A stretch of DNA of 32,000 nucleotides from Peristeroidobacter soli (GCF_004138485.1 NZ_RYEV01000004.1:338803-370802); one strand, 5' to 3'. Numbered from the stretch's first letter, positions 1-7,786 are shown. Translations and numbers: made by a program. The notes: generated by a model not told the origin, from the sequence alone.

Positions 1-124
1 AAAGCCGAACAGCTCACCGGCGCGGGAGGAGAGTTTGGTCAACATCCGCGCGAGGGTACATGCCCGGGAGGGCCAGCGTCACGAGCCACCGCACACTGCC
101 GAGCGACGGAGTGTCAATGAACTC

Positions 125-149
125 GACGGCGGGCCTTGCGCCCGCCGTC
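125..149 (-). terminator. GC-rich stem-loop just downstream of the 167..1003 CDS (possible intrinsic or bidirectional terminator)
   Basis: Perfect 10-bp stem GACGGCGGGC / GCCCGCCGTC with a 5-nt loop (cttgc), 18 nt past the TAA at 167-169. There is no clear U-tract on the minus strand, so this is only a candidate. Confidence 0.4.
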
Positions 150-166
150 TGAGGATTACGACTTTG

Positions 167-1003
167 TTACTGGACGCTGTTCAGGACCGGCGGATTGGGC
201 CGCACGGCATTGGCATCCGGATCGGTCTCCGACAGGCGCCAGTTGTCCCAACGCTGCGTGCCGTAGGCCGTCGTCTCCGTGACGTAGTTCGACATGATCA
301 GCTTGTTGGGAAACACGTTGACGTTCTCGCGCAGCTGCACGTCGGTATGCTCGCCCTTGAGCACGCCGTTGACCCAGAAGCGCACCACGCCGTTCGCCTG
401 ACCGAGCGTATTCTGCTTGATGTACAGCTTCAGCTTGTCCCACTGGCCGAACCGCACCGTCGCCGGCGTGCCGATGTTCTGCGAGACGTTCGGCATGGTG
501 CGACCGAAGCTGCCATCGGCGTTCCACTTCAGATGATCGACGAAATACTCGCCGTTACGCGGGATGACGTTGATGATGATCTGATAGCGGCGGCGACCGT
601 CGTTCACGTCTTCCAGATTGATGATGGCGATCTTGTGCACGCCCGCACCATCGGCGAAATGAAAGCCCGTGTCGAAACGGCTGTCGAAGGTGAGCCACAC
701 GCCATCGTCGGCGACTTCGCCGCCGACGCGCCGGTTGTCACCAAACACGTATTCCTTGTAGTTGTCGGTCGAGCGGCCCGCGGTCATCACGGACTGCGTC
801 GAATACCGGCCGTCCGTCGCCATCGAGGAGGTGACCGTCATCGAGGAATCCAGGCCACCGTTCCATTCGCCGAACGTGCCGGCTTCGAAACTGCTGGTGA
901 AGGGCAGGCGGGCCGCGGCGCTGAGCGCCGGCTGAGTCGTCAGGCTCGCGCCGATCAGGCACAGCGCGGCCGCCAGGGAAGATGTTTTCGTGATCCGTAC
1001 CAT
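167..1003 (-). CDS. Secreted protein with a concanavalin-A-like lectin/glucanase (polysaccharide-lyase-like) fold; possible EPS glycanase
   Basis: 278-aa ORF with ATG at 1003 and high GC3. Sec-type signal peptide (MVRITKTSSLAAALCLIGASLTTQPALSAAA). Beta-rich mature region with a GQWDKLKLYIK...GVVRFWVNG pattern typical of ConA-like/PL-like domains. The function call is weak and based on pattern only. Confidence 0.6.
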   Translation of the reverse strand: MVRITKTSSLAAALCLIGASLTTQPALSAAARLPFTSSFEAGTFGEWNGGLDSSMTVTSSMATDGRYSTQSVMTAGRSTDNYKEYVFGDNRRVGGEVADDGVWLTFDSRFDTGFHFADGAGVHKIAIINLEDVNDGRRRYQIIINVIPRNGEYFVDHLKWNADGSFGRTMPNVSQNIGTPATVRFGQWDKLKLYIKQNTLGQANGVVRFWVNGVLKGEHTDVQLRENVNVFPNKLIMSNYVTETTAYGTQRWDNWRLSETDPDANAVRPNPPVLNSVQ

Positions 1004-1005
1004 TA

Positions 1006-1908
1006 TTACTGCACCGAAAGCGAGGACGGGGGATTCGGACGCGGGGTCGTGCCCGTGCGGAAGCCGGCCGGAGGACCGATGTAGGAATCGTCGATCACGA
1101 TGTCATCGAGCATGAAATAGTTTTCGGGATCGGCGCGGACATTGCCCCAGTTCATGTAGCCGCCGATCAGGTCGACGTAGCTCCAGGTGCCGCCCGGGCC
1201 GGTGTCGTCCATATAGCGCTGCACGTACAGGCCCTGGAACTGGCCGTCCTGCGTGTCGATGTACAGCTTGATCATGCCGGTGCGGGTGTTGGCTTCCAGC
1301 TCGACGCTGATCCACTCGTTGGAGCGCTTGCCGTCGCCCTGAGTGTTGTTACCGAGGCGCAGACGCTCGGTGCCGTTCGGCCAACCCTCGCCGCCCTCGA
1401 AGCGGCACACGGTGCCGTCGCACGGCGCCCAGCTTTCCCAGTTGCCGGCCTGATAGTCGGTGGCGATCACCATCGGACGGCCGCGATTGCCGTCGCGATT
1501 CAGGATGATCAGCTTGCCGCCGGCGCCCAGCTCGTGCCACATGCGGCCCTGGTAGACCAGCACGCGAATGTTGATCTGCTCGGGGATCGTCGACAGGCCG
1601 CGAAAGTCGAACTGACCGACGGCCGCGTAGCCTTCGGAGTTCGGGCCGGTGAACTTGGCGGCACCGCGCCCGTTCCAACCGGAGGTCGGCATCCAGGTCT
1701 GGGTCGCGCCCTGGGTGATCCAGGTGAGGTCGCTGTAGTTGTTCGTGTCGAACGTTTCAGTGAACGGCAGCGAGCGAACCGTGCGAGCAGCCGAAGCCGA
1801 GGTCGCTATACTCATGCCGCCAGCAAACATGCATGCGAGCGCAAGTGCCCGCCCCCATCGTCGTGCGCCCGCGTATGCGCGGTGCGTGACTTCATTCAAC
1901 TGAGCCAT
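1006..1908 (-). CDS. Secreted ConA-like/LamG-like protein, distant paralog of the downstream 167..1003 gene
   Basis: 300-aa ORF with ATG at 1908, preceded by AGGAG 9 nt upstream. Signal peptide ends SASAARTV. The C-terminal region YFMLDDIVIDDSYIG is typical of ConA-like fold ends. It shares the mature N-terminal LPFTxxF motif and the C-terminal RPNPPxxLxSVQ tail with the neighbouring gene. Its stop lies 2 nt before the next ATG. Confidence 0.6.
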   Translation of the reverse strand: MAQLNEVTHRAYAGARRWGRALALACMFAGGMSIATSASAARTVRSLPFTETFDTNNYSDLTWITQGATQTWMPTSGWNGRGAAKFTGPNSEGYAAVGQFDFRGLSTIPEQINIRVLVYQGRMWHELGAGGKLIILNRDGNRGRPMVIATDYQAGNWESWAPCDGTVCRFEGGEGWPNGTERLRLGNNTQGDGKRSNEWISVELEANTRTGMIKLYIDTQDGQFQGLYVQRYMDDTGPGGTWSYVDLIGGYMNWGNVRADPENYFMLDDIVIDDSYIGPPAGFRTGTTPRPNPPSSLSVQ

Positions 1909-1984
1909 TAGCTGCTACTCCTAAATCACTGCCCGGACGAAGCGAGGGCTGGGCCCTCGATGCTCCTGAAACCAGGAATACTTA

Positions 1985-2012
1985 CTTATACTCAATCAAC
2001 CTACACAATCAA
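1985..2012 (-). promoter_or_regulatory. Candidate sigma-70 promoter for the 1908<- secreted-protein operon
   Basis: The minus strand reads TTGATT-16 nt-TATAAG inside the only AT-rich island of the 370-bp divergent intergenic region, about 75 nt upstream of the ATG. The -35 hexamer is one copy of a TTGATTG direct repeat. Not verified experimentally. Confidence 0.35.
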
Positions 2013-2278
2013 TGCAGGCGGTGCCCTGCGCAACCGTCAACTCGATGCCGCCGTACACGAGGCGCCGGCAAGATATCCGCACCTCGGCAAACCGCAAAAC
2101 TGTCGCCATTCCGCATCGAACTTCAGAACGCGAGATCACGAGGCGGCACTTTATGTAGGACACTTTCCAAGGTCACGCAGCAGCTCCCTGAATACCGTCC
2201 GAGTCCGTTGCCCACGTTGCCAGCCGGCGACAACGCAATTCGAGCGCCAGATTCCCGACGTTTCCTGATGACAAAGAT

Positions 2279-2986
2279 ATGAATACATTTTTTGCGCACC
2301 AATCCGTAGGCGCAAACATCCTTACAGGCATAGCAGATCTCGTACGTCAGCAGCGCGCGGCCGTAGATGTATTGGACTTAACTCAGGCCCGCGGCGTTCG
2401 CTCTGCGCAGCCGCTCCTCATCATCCACCAACAGATCGGCGCAAACCGAGAACCACTCGGCAAGATCGCGGCCTTCCGTCAGGTGTTAAATGCCACCGAC
2501 CGGCCCGACTTCGACGTGGCGTTACTCAAGTTCTGCTATGTCGACATCGCCACGCAGGCCGATGCCGAAACTCTGTGGCAGCACTACCAGACGGCGATTG
2601 AGCAACTGTCGGCAGATCAGCCCGGCGTGCAGTTGGTACATTGCACGGTACCGCTGCGATCGTTGCCGGAAGGTCCGTATGCCTGGCTGCGACGTGCCCT
2701 GGGGCATCGGCATCCGTCCCTGATCGGCAATCGCGCCCGGGACTGGTTCAATCGACAATTGCGGGCGAGCTTCGGTGCCGGTCACAAACTGTTCGATCTG
2801 GCAGCGGTACAATCGCGCCGCGCCGACGGTCGCTCGTGCGAGGTCAACGATGAGGGCACCCGGGTGCCCTCATTGGCGCGGGAGTGGACTTATGACGGTG
2901 GTCATCTCAACGAGCGTGGCCGTACCATTGCCGCCGCCGCGTTTCTAGAATTTTTACAAACACTGCAGGACTCGAGAAAGCGCTGA
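2279..2986 (+). CDS. SGNH/GDSL-like hydrolase-fold protein (possible polysaccharide O-acyl esterase or transferase), degenerate block I
   Basis: 235-aa ORF. The C-terminal DGGHLNERG resembles SGNH block V (DxxH). The N-terminal FFAHQSVG sits where the GDS block would be, and FCYVDI sits where the GxND block would be. Codon usage is atypical (TTA, ATA, GTA codons). The stop overlaps the next start (TGATG). Confidence 0.5.
   Translation: MNTFFAHQSVGANILTGIADLVRQQRAAVDVLDLTQARGVRSAQPLLIIHQQIGANREPLGKIAAFRQVLNATDRPDFDVALLKFCYVDIATQADAETLWQHYQTAIEQLSADQPGVQLVHCTVPLRSLPEGPYAWLRRALGHRHPSLIGNRARDWFNRQLRASFGAGHKLFDLAAVQSRRADGRSCEVNDEGTRVPSLAREWTYDGGHLNERGRTIAAAAFLEFLQTLQDSRKR
2850..2873. repeat. Perfect 24-bp palindrome ATGAGGGCACCC|GGGTGCCCTCAT inside the SGNH-like CDS
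   Basis: Read directly from the sequence. The two 12-nt arms are exact reverse complements with no spacer, centred on CCCGGG. Flanking G/T and C/G positions could extend an RNA stem. Confidence 0.9.
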
Positions 2987-4065
2987 TGACTGTTGCCGTG
3001 GTTCCCCAAGCCGCACTCGCCGGTGCCAGCGCGCCGCTCTCCGTCGAGACCGCCAGCGCCGCGCACGCCACCGAGTGGAATGCGTTCCTGAGCCAGCAAC
3101 CGCAGGGCTCCTTCTATCACCTGTTCGAGTGGAGCGGGATCAACCGCCAGGCGCTGCGCAACCCCGGCTTCAATCTCATCGCGCGCTCGGGCGGCGAGAT
3201 CCGCGGCGTGCTGCCGTTGACGTTCGTCGCCAGCCCCCTGTTCGGTCGGGTGCTGTGCTCCATGCCGTTCGTCAACTACGGCGGCCCGGTGACGGTCGAT
3301 GCGAGCGCGACCGACGCGCTGGTCCAGGCCGCGCGCGAGAAAGCGAACGAGCTGAAGGCCGACTACCTCGAGCTGCGCTGTGCCTCCGCCATCCAGACCG
3401 ACATGGCCGTCTCGACGCGCAAGATCAGCATGCACATCGAGCTGGCGCCCGATCCGGACACGTTGTGGAACAAGTTCGCGTCCAAACATCGCACCAACAT
3501 CCGGCGCGCGCAGAAGAACAATCTCGAAGTGCGCTCCGGCGGCGTCGAGCTGCTGGATGTTTTCTATTCGGTGATGGAGCAATCGTGGCGCTCGCTGGGC
3601 ACGCCCTTCTACGCGCGCTCCTACTTCGAAACCATCCTGAAAGCGCTGCCCGGATACACCAGCATCTTCGTCTGTTCGCAGGGCACGACGCCGGTGGCGG
3701 TCGCCTTCAACGGCTACTTCAACGGCATGGTCGAAGGCCTGTGGGCCGGCGGCACCGAACTGTCGCGGCCGCTGCAGGCCAATTACGTGCTGTATTGGGA
3801 AATGATGCGCGATGCCTGCGTGCGCGGCTGCGCTCGCTATCACCTGGGTCGCTCGACCGCCGATTCCGGTGCCGAGGATTTCAAGAAAAAATGGAATGCG
3901 ACGTCCAGCCAGCTGTATTGGTATTTCCATCGCCCGCGCGGCGGCGAGATGCCGCAGCTCAACGTCGACAATCCCAAGTACAAGCTCGCCATCCAGATGT
4001 GGCAGAAGCTGCCGCTGTGGGCGACGCGTCTGATCGGGCCGCCGCTGGCTCGATCGATTCCGTAA
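2986..4065 (+). CDS. FemAB-family (aminoacyl-transferase-like) protein, PEP-CTERM system-associated type
   Basis: 359-aa ORF. The N-terminal WNAFLSQQPQGSFYHLFEWSGIN and the later KHRTNIRRAQKNNLEV, plus a length of about 360 aa, match my recollection of the FemAB-related family found in PEP-CTERM loci (TIGR03019). It is translationally coupled to the upstream gene. Confidence 0.8.
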   Translation: MTVAVVPQAALAGASAPLSVETASAAHATEWNAFLSQQPQGSFYHLFEWSGINRQALRNPGFNLIARSGGEIRGVLPLTFVASPLFGRVLCSMPFVNYGGPVTVDASATDALVQAAREKANELKADYLELRCASAIQTDMAVSTRKISMHIELAPDPDTLWNKFASKHRTNIRRAQKNNLEVRSGGVELLDVFYSVMEQSWRSLGTPFYARSYFETILKALPGYTSIFVCSQGTTPVAVAFNGYFNGMVEGLWAGGTELSRPLQANYVLYWEMMRDACVRGCARYHLGRSTADSGAEDFKKKWNATSSQLYWYFHRPRGGEMPQLNVDNPKYKLAIQMWQKLPLWATRLIGPPLARSIP

Positions 4066-4077
4066 GGCGCCGCGCCC

Positions 4078-5283
4078 ATGGCATTCGTCGCACCGGCGGG
4101 TACGCCGATCTCTCCAGTCACTTTCGTCGTGAGCCTGGCTCGCGGCTTGGGATCGTCCGCCGCGATTCCACTCGGTGAAGGCCTCGCGGCACATGCCGGA
4201 CATCGTCGCTATTGGCTCGTGTCCACGGGTCGCGCGGCGATGGTGCTCGCGTTGCAGGCGATGCGCGATGTGAGCAAGGACCCGCAGCGAGTCGAAGTCA
4301 TCGTCCCCGCTTACACGTGCTATTCGGTGCCTGCCTCAGTCATCAAGGCCGGGCTGAAGCCGCGCCTGTGCGACGTGGATCCGGCGTCGCTGAGCCTCGA
4401 TCCCGAGGCGCTACGCAAGTTCGATTTGTCGCGCGTGCTGGCGATCGTCACCGCGAACTTGTATGGGATTCCCAATCATCTGCAGAGCATCGAAGCGATC
4501 GCGCGTGAGCACGGGGCTTTCATGCTGGATGACAGCGCGCAGGCGCTCGGCGCCACGCATGAGGGTCGTCCCGTCGGCGGCTTCGGCGATGTCGGCCTGT
4601 ACAGCTTCGATAAGGGCAAGAACATCACGAGCCTGGAAGGCGGCGCGCTGGTCGCGAGTCATCCGGAGCTGTCAGCCGCGCTGGATCGCAGGCACGCGAC
4701 GCTTGCGCCCGCCTCGGCGACGCGAACCGCCGCCACGATCGTCAAGCTCGCCGCATATGCGACACTGCTCCATCCCACGCTATACGGCGTCGTACGCAAG
4801 TTGCCCGGGCTGGGCCTGGGCCGCACCGTGTATGATGAGACGTATCCGGTCGAGCGTTACAGCGGAACGCTGGCTGGCTTTGCCGGGACCTTGCTGAAAC
4901 GGCTGCCGACGTTGACTCGAGGCCGGCAGGACAACGCCCTGGCGCTACAGGCGGCATTGAGCCAAGTCCCCGGGGTGCGGTTGATCGACGTGCCAGCGAA
5001 CTCACAGCCCGCCTACGCGCGCTATCCGTTCCTCATGACGGATGCGAGCCGACGAGCGGCGCTGCTGGAGAGGCTGGAGGCGGCGGGGATCGGCGCCACG
5101 GCGTCCTATCCGAGCGCGCTGAACGATGTTCCGGAAGTGGCCAGACACTTGCCGGCCATCGATCTGGAGATGCCCGGTGCCCGTCAGGTCGCGAACACCA
5201 TCGTCACCCTGCCGACGCACGCCTACTCACCCGCAGACCTGCCGGCGCGCGTAGCCGCGTCGATGCGCGGCGTGGTCGATTAA
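4078..5283 (+). CDS. DegT/DnrJ/EryC1/StrS-family PLP-dependent aminotransferase (amino-sugar biosynthesis)
   Basis: 401-aa ORF. Contains VSTGRAAMVLALQA and PAYTCYSVPASVIKAGLKPRLCDVD. SFDKGKNITSLEGGAL carries the PLP lysine in the position typical of the family. Confidence 0.85.
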   Translation: MAFVAPAGTPISPVTFVVSLARGLGSSAAIPLGEGLAAHAGHRRYWLVSTGRAAMVLALQAMRDVSKDPQRVEVIVPAYTCYSVPASVIKAGLKPRLCDVDPASLSLDPEALRKFDLSRVLAIVTANLYGIPNHLQSIEAIAREHGAFMLDDSAQALGATHEGRPVGGFGDVGLYSFDKGKNITSLEGGALVASHPELSAALDRRHATLAPASATRTAATIVKLAAYATLLHPTLYGVVRKLPGLGLGRTVYDETYPVERYSGTLAGFAGTLLKRLPTLTRGRQDNALALQAALSQVPGVRLIDVPANSQPAYARYPFLMTDASRRAALLERLEAAGIGATASYPSALNDVPEVARHLPAIDLEMPGARQVANTIVTLPTHAYSPADLPARVAASMRGVVD

Positions 5284-6542
5284 GCCGCTTCGATCGCCTC
5301 TTCGGAATCGTCGTCGTCGACGACCGCGTCACGGGCATAGGTCAGCGCCGTGCTCAGGAGCTCGGCATTGAGCACGCGAATGTCGTAGCGGGATTGCGCG
5401 AACGCGCGCCCCTCCGCACCCAACGCACGCAGCTGCTCTTCGGACAAGCCCACTAACTTTCGCAGACCGGCGACCATGCCTTCCACGTCGCCCGGCTCGA
5501 AGCTGAACGGCAACATGGTCGGCGCCGTAGACTCGCCCACACCACCGGTGCGGCTCACGGCAGCCACGGCTCTGAACAGCATCGCTTCCTGTACGACGCA
5601 GGCCTGGTTCTCTTCCCAGGTGCCTGCCGGGATGCTCGGCAACAGGAATACATCCGCCTCGGTATAGCAGCGATACAACTGGTCCTGCTCGACCCGGCCG
5701 AGCATTTCGATGTGCCGGTCCAGGCCGTTGTCGGCGATGAAACTCGCGAGCTGTTTGCGCAACGGCCCGTCACCGGCGAGGCGCACCTTGATGTCGTGCC
5801 CTTCCTGGATCAGCACCTTCAACGCCTGCAGGCCGAGCATGAAGCCCTTCTCCTCGCTCAGCCGGCCGACCATGAAAATATTCAGCTTGCCGTCGCGCCG
5901 ATAGGCACGCGGCTGCGGGTCGGGGAAGCCGCGCAGATCGAAACCGACCGGCGAAATCACGATCCGCTCCGCCGCCTGACCGCGACCGATGGCGTGCTTG
6001 CGGGAGCTTTCGGTGTTGGTGAACACCACATCGAAGCTGTCGAACGTCGCCTTCACCGTCGCCACTGACGGCGTCGGCACGCCGGGCACTTCGCCACCGT
6101 GGTAGTACATGGCGATGACCGCCTCGGGATAGATCGCCCGCAGGAACTGCAGGTTGGCGGCGGCTCGCAGATTGTGAACCAGCACCATGTCGGGGCTGTC
6201 GGCGGGCAGCAGCAGCGCGCGAGCCATGTTCAGGCAGCGATGCTTCAAAGACGCGGGATGCGCGAAGGCACGCAACGAGCGTTGGAGGGCCCGCCCGGGC
6301 CGGCGAACGAAGTCACGCAGGGCCTGCCCGAAGAAGCTCGGCAGCTCCCGCGCCGTCGGCGGCAAATACCGCGTCTGACGCACGAACGCGCCTTCCTGGC
6401 CGCCATTGCCCATACCGCCATCGTGCAGCCCGAAGGCATACACCGTCAGTTCGTGGCCATCCTGAAGGAAGCGCTCGAACTGGACGTAGTGATAGGCTTT
6501 GTAGGGACTGGGGAAATGCTCAGCAATCGCCAGCAGCTTCAA
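5280..6542 (-). CDS. Glycosyltransferase family 1 (GT4-type, GT-B fold)
   Basis: 420-aa ORF. TTG start at 6542 with AAGGA 7 nt upstream. The N-terminal KLLAIAEHFPSPYK is typical of the family. LSEEKG and the E-x7-E region (EENQACVVQEAM) are present. It appears to be a lone minus-strand gene between two plus-strand operons. Confidence 0.85.
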   Translation of the reverse strand: MKLLAIAEHFPSPYKAYHYVQFERFLQDGHELTVYAFGLHDGGMGNGGQEGAFVRQTRYLPPTARELPSFFGQALRDFVRRPGRALQRSLRAFAHPASLKHRCLNMARALLLPADSPDMVLVHNLRAAANLQFLRAIYPEAVIAMYYHGGEVPGVPTPSVATVKATFDSFDVVFTNTESSRKHAIGRGQAAERIVISPVGFDLRGFPDPQPRAYRRDGKLNIFMVGRLSEEKGFMLGLQALKVLIQEGHDIKVRLAGDGPLRKQLASFIADNGLDRHIEMLGRVEQDQLYRCYTEADVFLLPSIPAGTWEENQACVVQEAMLFRAVAAVSRTGGVGESTAPTMLPFSFEPGDVEGMVAGLRKLVGLSEEQLRALGAEGRAFAQSRYDIRVLNAELLSTALTYARDAVVDDDDSEEAIEAA

Positions 6543-6757
6543 GACCGCATCCTTTGAGCGTTATCCAGCCCCGCTTGGCCGGTCGCTCGGTGTGTTCCGT
6601 GCGGCCAGAATGCGCTAAACACGTATGGCAGTGCAACTAAATACGCGGACAGGTTCGCGGGTTTGTGACCCACCGCAGGTACAATGCGCCGGGCGATAAA
6701 TAACCGCAGAATTCCGTCAACGGCGCCGACAGCGCGTTTCCCCGAGATGCTCGATCT

Positions 6758-7786
6758 GTGATTGCGAAGCGACTTCTGAAGAGCGCGCTGGTCGCCGGCG
6801 CGTACCACACCGGACTGCTGAGCCTGTATCTCGGGCGCAAGCTGCGGGGCCGTGCCGTGGCGCTCACCTACCACCGCGTCCTGCCCGAACAGGAGCTGGC
6901 CCGCTCCTTCTCGACCGACGCCATCGTGGTCACTCCGGCGACCTTTCGTCGCCACATGCAGACCTTACGGAAATCTTTCAATCCGCTCACCGCCGAACAG
7001 TTCTCGGCTGCGCTCGCAAGCGGCCAATGGCCGGCGCGGGCCTGTATCGTGACGTTCGACGACGGCTGGCTGGACAACCTCGAGCACGCGCTGCCGATCC
7101 TCAAGGAATGTAACGTGCCCGCCGTGCTGTTCGTCGCGACCGATTATGTCGGCACCGAGCGTTGTTTCTGGCAGGAGACGCTGGCGCGCTATCTCGCCGC
7201 CGCGGCGAGCGTCCCGGAGCGCAGCGCCCCGCTGTTCACCGAGCTGGGGATTGCCCACGTTCTGAAGCTGCCGCCGGCCGATGCCCGCACCGCCACCCGG
7301 AGCATGATCGACTCGTTGAAGTCCCAACCGCAGGCGCAGCTCGATGCACTGCTCGCCCGCGTGCACGGTCTGTTACAACAATGGCAGGTCGAGCTGCCGC
7401 AGAATCACCCGGACCGGTTTCTATCCTGGGCGCAGGTCAAACAACTCAGCGAAAGCGGCGTGGTCACCATCGCCTCACATTGCTGCTCGCACACGCCGCT
7501 GACCAAGCTGGCAGCGGATGCCGTGCGCGAGGAATTGCAGCGCTCGCGCCGGGTCATCCAGGAGCGCATCGGCGTCGATACCCACGACATGGCTTATCCG
7601 AACGGCGATCACGATCCCGCCATCGCTGCCGCCGTGCGCGACAGCGGCTATCGCACCGGCTACACCACGATCCGTGGTCACGTGGCGCCCGCGGCCAACG
7701 CCTTTACCTTGAAAAGAATCAACATCCACGAGCGTGGCACGGCCACGCCGGGCGCGTTCCTGGCGCGCCTCGCCGGAATTTTCTAG
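6758..7786 (+). CDS. Polysaccharide deacetylase (NodB homology domain, CE4)
   Basis: 342-aa ORF with GTG start. Contains the VTFDDGWLDN (TFDD) motif, the SHCCSH (HxxxH-type) motif and YPNGD. An N-terminal hydrophobic segment is present. Confidence 0.85.
   Translation: MIAKRLLKSALVAGAYHTGLLSLYLGRKLRGRAVALTYHRVLPEQELARSFSTDAIVVTPATFRRHMQTLRKSFNPLTAEQFSAALASGQWPARACIVTFDDGWLDNLEHALPILKECNVPAVLFVATDYVGTERCFWQETLARYLAAAASVPERSAPLFTELGIAHVLKLPPADARTATRSMIDSLKSQPQAQLDALLARVHGLLQQWQVELPQNHPDRFLSWAQVKQLSESGVVTIASHCCSHTPLTKLAADAVREELQRSRRVIQERIGVDTHDMAYPNGDHDPAIAAAVRDSGYRTGYTTIRGHVAPAANAFTLKRINIHERGTATPGAFLARLAGIF

Noticed and set aside
1-45. Possible start of a minus-strand gene running off the left edge (ATG at 45: MLTKLSSRAGELFGF...). 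Alternatively, the C-terminal end of a plus-strand gene stopping at 117-119.
   Set aside because: Only 15 codons are visible and there is no clear RBS. GC3 favours the minus-strand reading, but the evidence is too thin to call a feature.
167-1908. PEP-CTERM sorting signals, or a Tat signal (ARRWGRAL), on the two secreted proteins next to an exosortase locus
   Set aside because: The C-termini lack the PEP motif, TM helix and Arg/Lys cluster. The RR is not in an S/T-R-R-x-F-L-K context and the h-region looks Sec-like.
2086-2100. GGCAAACCGCAAAAC, reminiscent of the GGCAAACC / ACGCAAAGC boxes of c-di-GMP-I (GEMM-I) riboswitches that often precede EPS genes
   Set aside because: The two boxes abut directly, with no intervening helices, tetraloop or receptor. 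No flanking P1 pairing is visible, and the site lies ~180 nt from either start codon. A covariance-model scan (Rfam RF01051) would settle it; by eye it does not fit.
1960-2268. 102-aa ORF in the divergent intergenic region
   Set aside because: There is no RBS and GC3 is poor compared with real genes here. Its composition is odd (Arg/Ser/Thr/His-rich) with no motif. It spans the region better explained as promoters and UTRs.
7162-7785. A 208-aa N-terminal extension of the ATP-grasp ORF. The track also gives similar extensions of the asparagine-synthase ORF (17434..17475) and the OMP ORF (23343..23525).
   Set aside because: The extensions overlap well-supported upstream genes or destroy required N-termini (Met-Cys of the Ntn amidotransferase, the OMP signal peptide). 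Internal starts at 7786, 17433 and 23342 give canonical N-termini with coupling or RBS features.
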